This document shows, in pieces, positions 61,672 to 62,748 of a stretch of 62,748 nt of DNA. The stretch's first letter is position 1; every line of letters begins with the position of its first letter. The stretch comes from Klebsormidium nitens (Eukaryota; Plantae; Klebsormidiophyceae). The notes below the pieces were generated by a model, which saw nothing but the letters and a program-made list of their open reading frames with translations, had not been told where the DNA came from and searched no databases. A program made the translations under genes and the position numbers. Where the stretch lies: the NCBI GenBank assembly GCA_000708835.1, contig DF237478.1:1-62748 (forward strand). Reading direction: 5' to 3'.

Positions 61672-62748
61672 CTAAATCGGCCTTGCGAAAGCGGAGATTC
61701 TTCCCGCGCGGCCTCTACCCCTTCTTCCGCCGCCAGCGCCCCGCGCGCCAGTAGCGCCCGTGCCCGTGCCCGTGCCCCTGCCCGTGCCACCAGCGCCCGG
61801 CGCGCCTGTGCCTGCACGCTCACTAGCGCTTCTGCCGGTGCCCCTGCCAGCCCCCCTGCCCGCCCCCCTGCCAGCAGCGCCGGCGCCCCTTCCTCCCGTA
61901 GCCCCCGTGCCGCTTTCCCCCACTGCGCCCGGGGGATCAACTGAGGCAGGCCCCTCCAACTCGGCCTGGGAGTCGCCCGCCAGGCCTTCCAAGCCCTCCG
62001 GCGTCCGGTTCTCCGACTCGACCCTCAAGCGAGCGTTGCTCTGCTCACCCGGAGACTCCTCCGAGTCGACAGAGGCGAGTTTCTCCACCATTTCGACGTA
62101 GCCAGTGTAGACCCGGGCGATGTCCGGACCGAACTTTTCGAGTTTGCTCTCAAGCTGTGCTCTGCTCCGGCTTGGCAGCTGCCCCCTCCTCTCAGCTCAC
62201 TCGATCGCCTGCTCTGCAACCTTCTCCCCGTCCCCGATGAACCGCCTCTCGTTTCTGCTCAGTGGCATTGCGACCGTTTGCTCCAAAGCTAGCCGTTCCC
62301 TCCCCTTCGCCATCACTTGCAAATTGCGCCCCTTCTGTTGCCGTTCGTCTACCAACCGCCGATTGGTGAACAACTGCATATCCGTCTTTCCCTCTTTCAG
62401 CTTGTGCTCGACAAACTGCTGTGACATGTCACTGAAGCTGACGGGGAAGCGGCGCACCATGTCAGGTACGTGCACCATCCCCAGATGCATATAGAGTGTG
62501 GCCAGGTCCGCCCCGAGCTGCGAGCTGAAGCTGTACACGTACGCCGCCGCCCTGTCTTGGACCACGATGCTTTTGGCCAGCCGTTCGCCGTCGTCGCTAG
62601 GGTTGTTGAGGGGGCGGAGGAGCTCGGCGTATAGAGCTGCGAGGTTGTCCCAGATGATCCTCGCGTCAGCCCGCTTGCTGGCGTCCGTGATGGCGATGTC
62701 GAGGAATGCGTTGTATGCAGTTGGATGCAGGAGAACGCGAGCTTCTTT
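61672..62748 (-). mobile_element. C-terminal part of a RAG1/Transib/Chapaev-like DDE transposase, truncated by the window edge, with an in-frame TGA at 62197-62199
   Basis: The frame from 62748 reads KEARVLLHP..WDNLAALYAELL..QDRAAAYVYSFSSQLG.DLATLYMHLGMVHVPDMVRRFPVSFSDMSQQFVEHKLK. T-x-Y-x-H-x4-H-V-P..S-x-Q-x-x-E matches the H-H zinc ligands plus catalytic Glu region of RAG1 (TNYFHKTLAHVPEII..ASEGNESGNK, from memory) and Transib/Chapaev. Confidence 0.75.

Overview
Eukaryotic, intron-rich genomic DNA. TGCAG acceptors, GT(G/A)AG donors, GC-rich exons and a COBRA-family gene point to a streptophyte alga such as Klebsormidium (inference, not database-checked). Genes reconstructed by eye: a secreted/GPI-anchored COBRA-like protein with four extra tandem CBM2-like modules (2993-10245 +), a His-phosphotransfer protein (AHP, -), TIM21-like and Tim44-related mitochondrial proteins (+), a SIZ1 SUMO ligase (-), a full-size peroxisomal ABCD transporter (-), a small plant-type mitochondrial membrane protein (-), a FAX/TMEM14 protein with a frameshifted coding minisatellite (+), an unresolved multi-exon gene (-) and an aldose 1-epimerase family gene (+). 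Mobile DNA: a hAT-like MITE, a TTAA-flanked Kolobok-type long-TIR element spanning an assembly gap, and, cut by the right window edge, the C-terminal part of a RAG1/Transib/Chapaev-like DDE transposase lying tail-to-tail with an orphan zinc-ribbon ORF. That convergent pair is the best candidate for an undescribed system; the multi-module COBRA is second. Exon boundaries are manual and approximate where noted.
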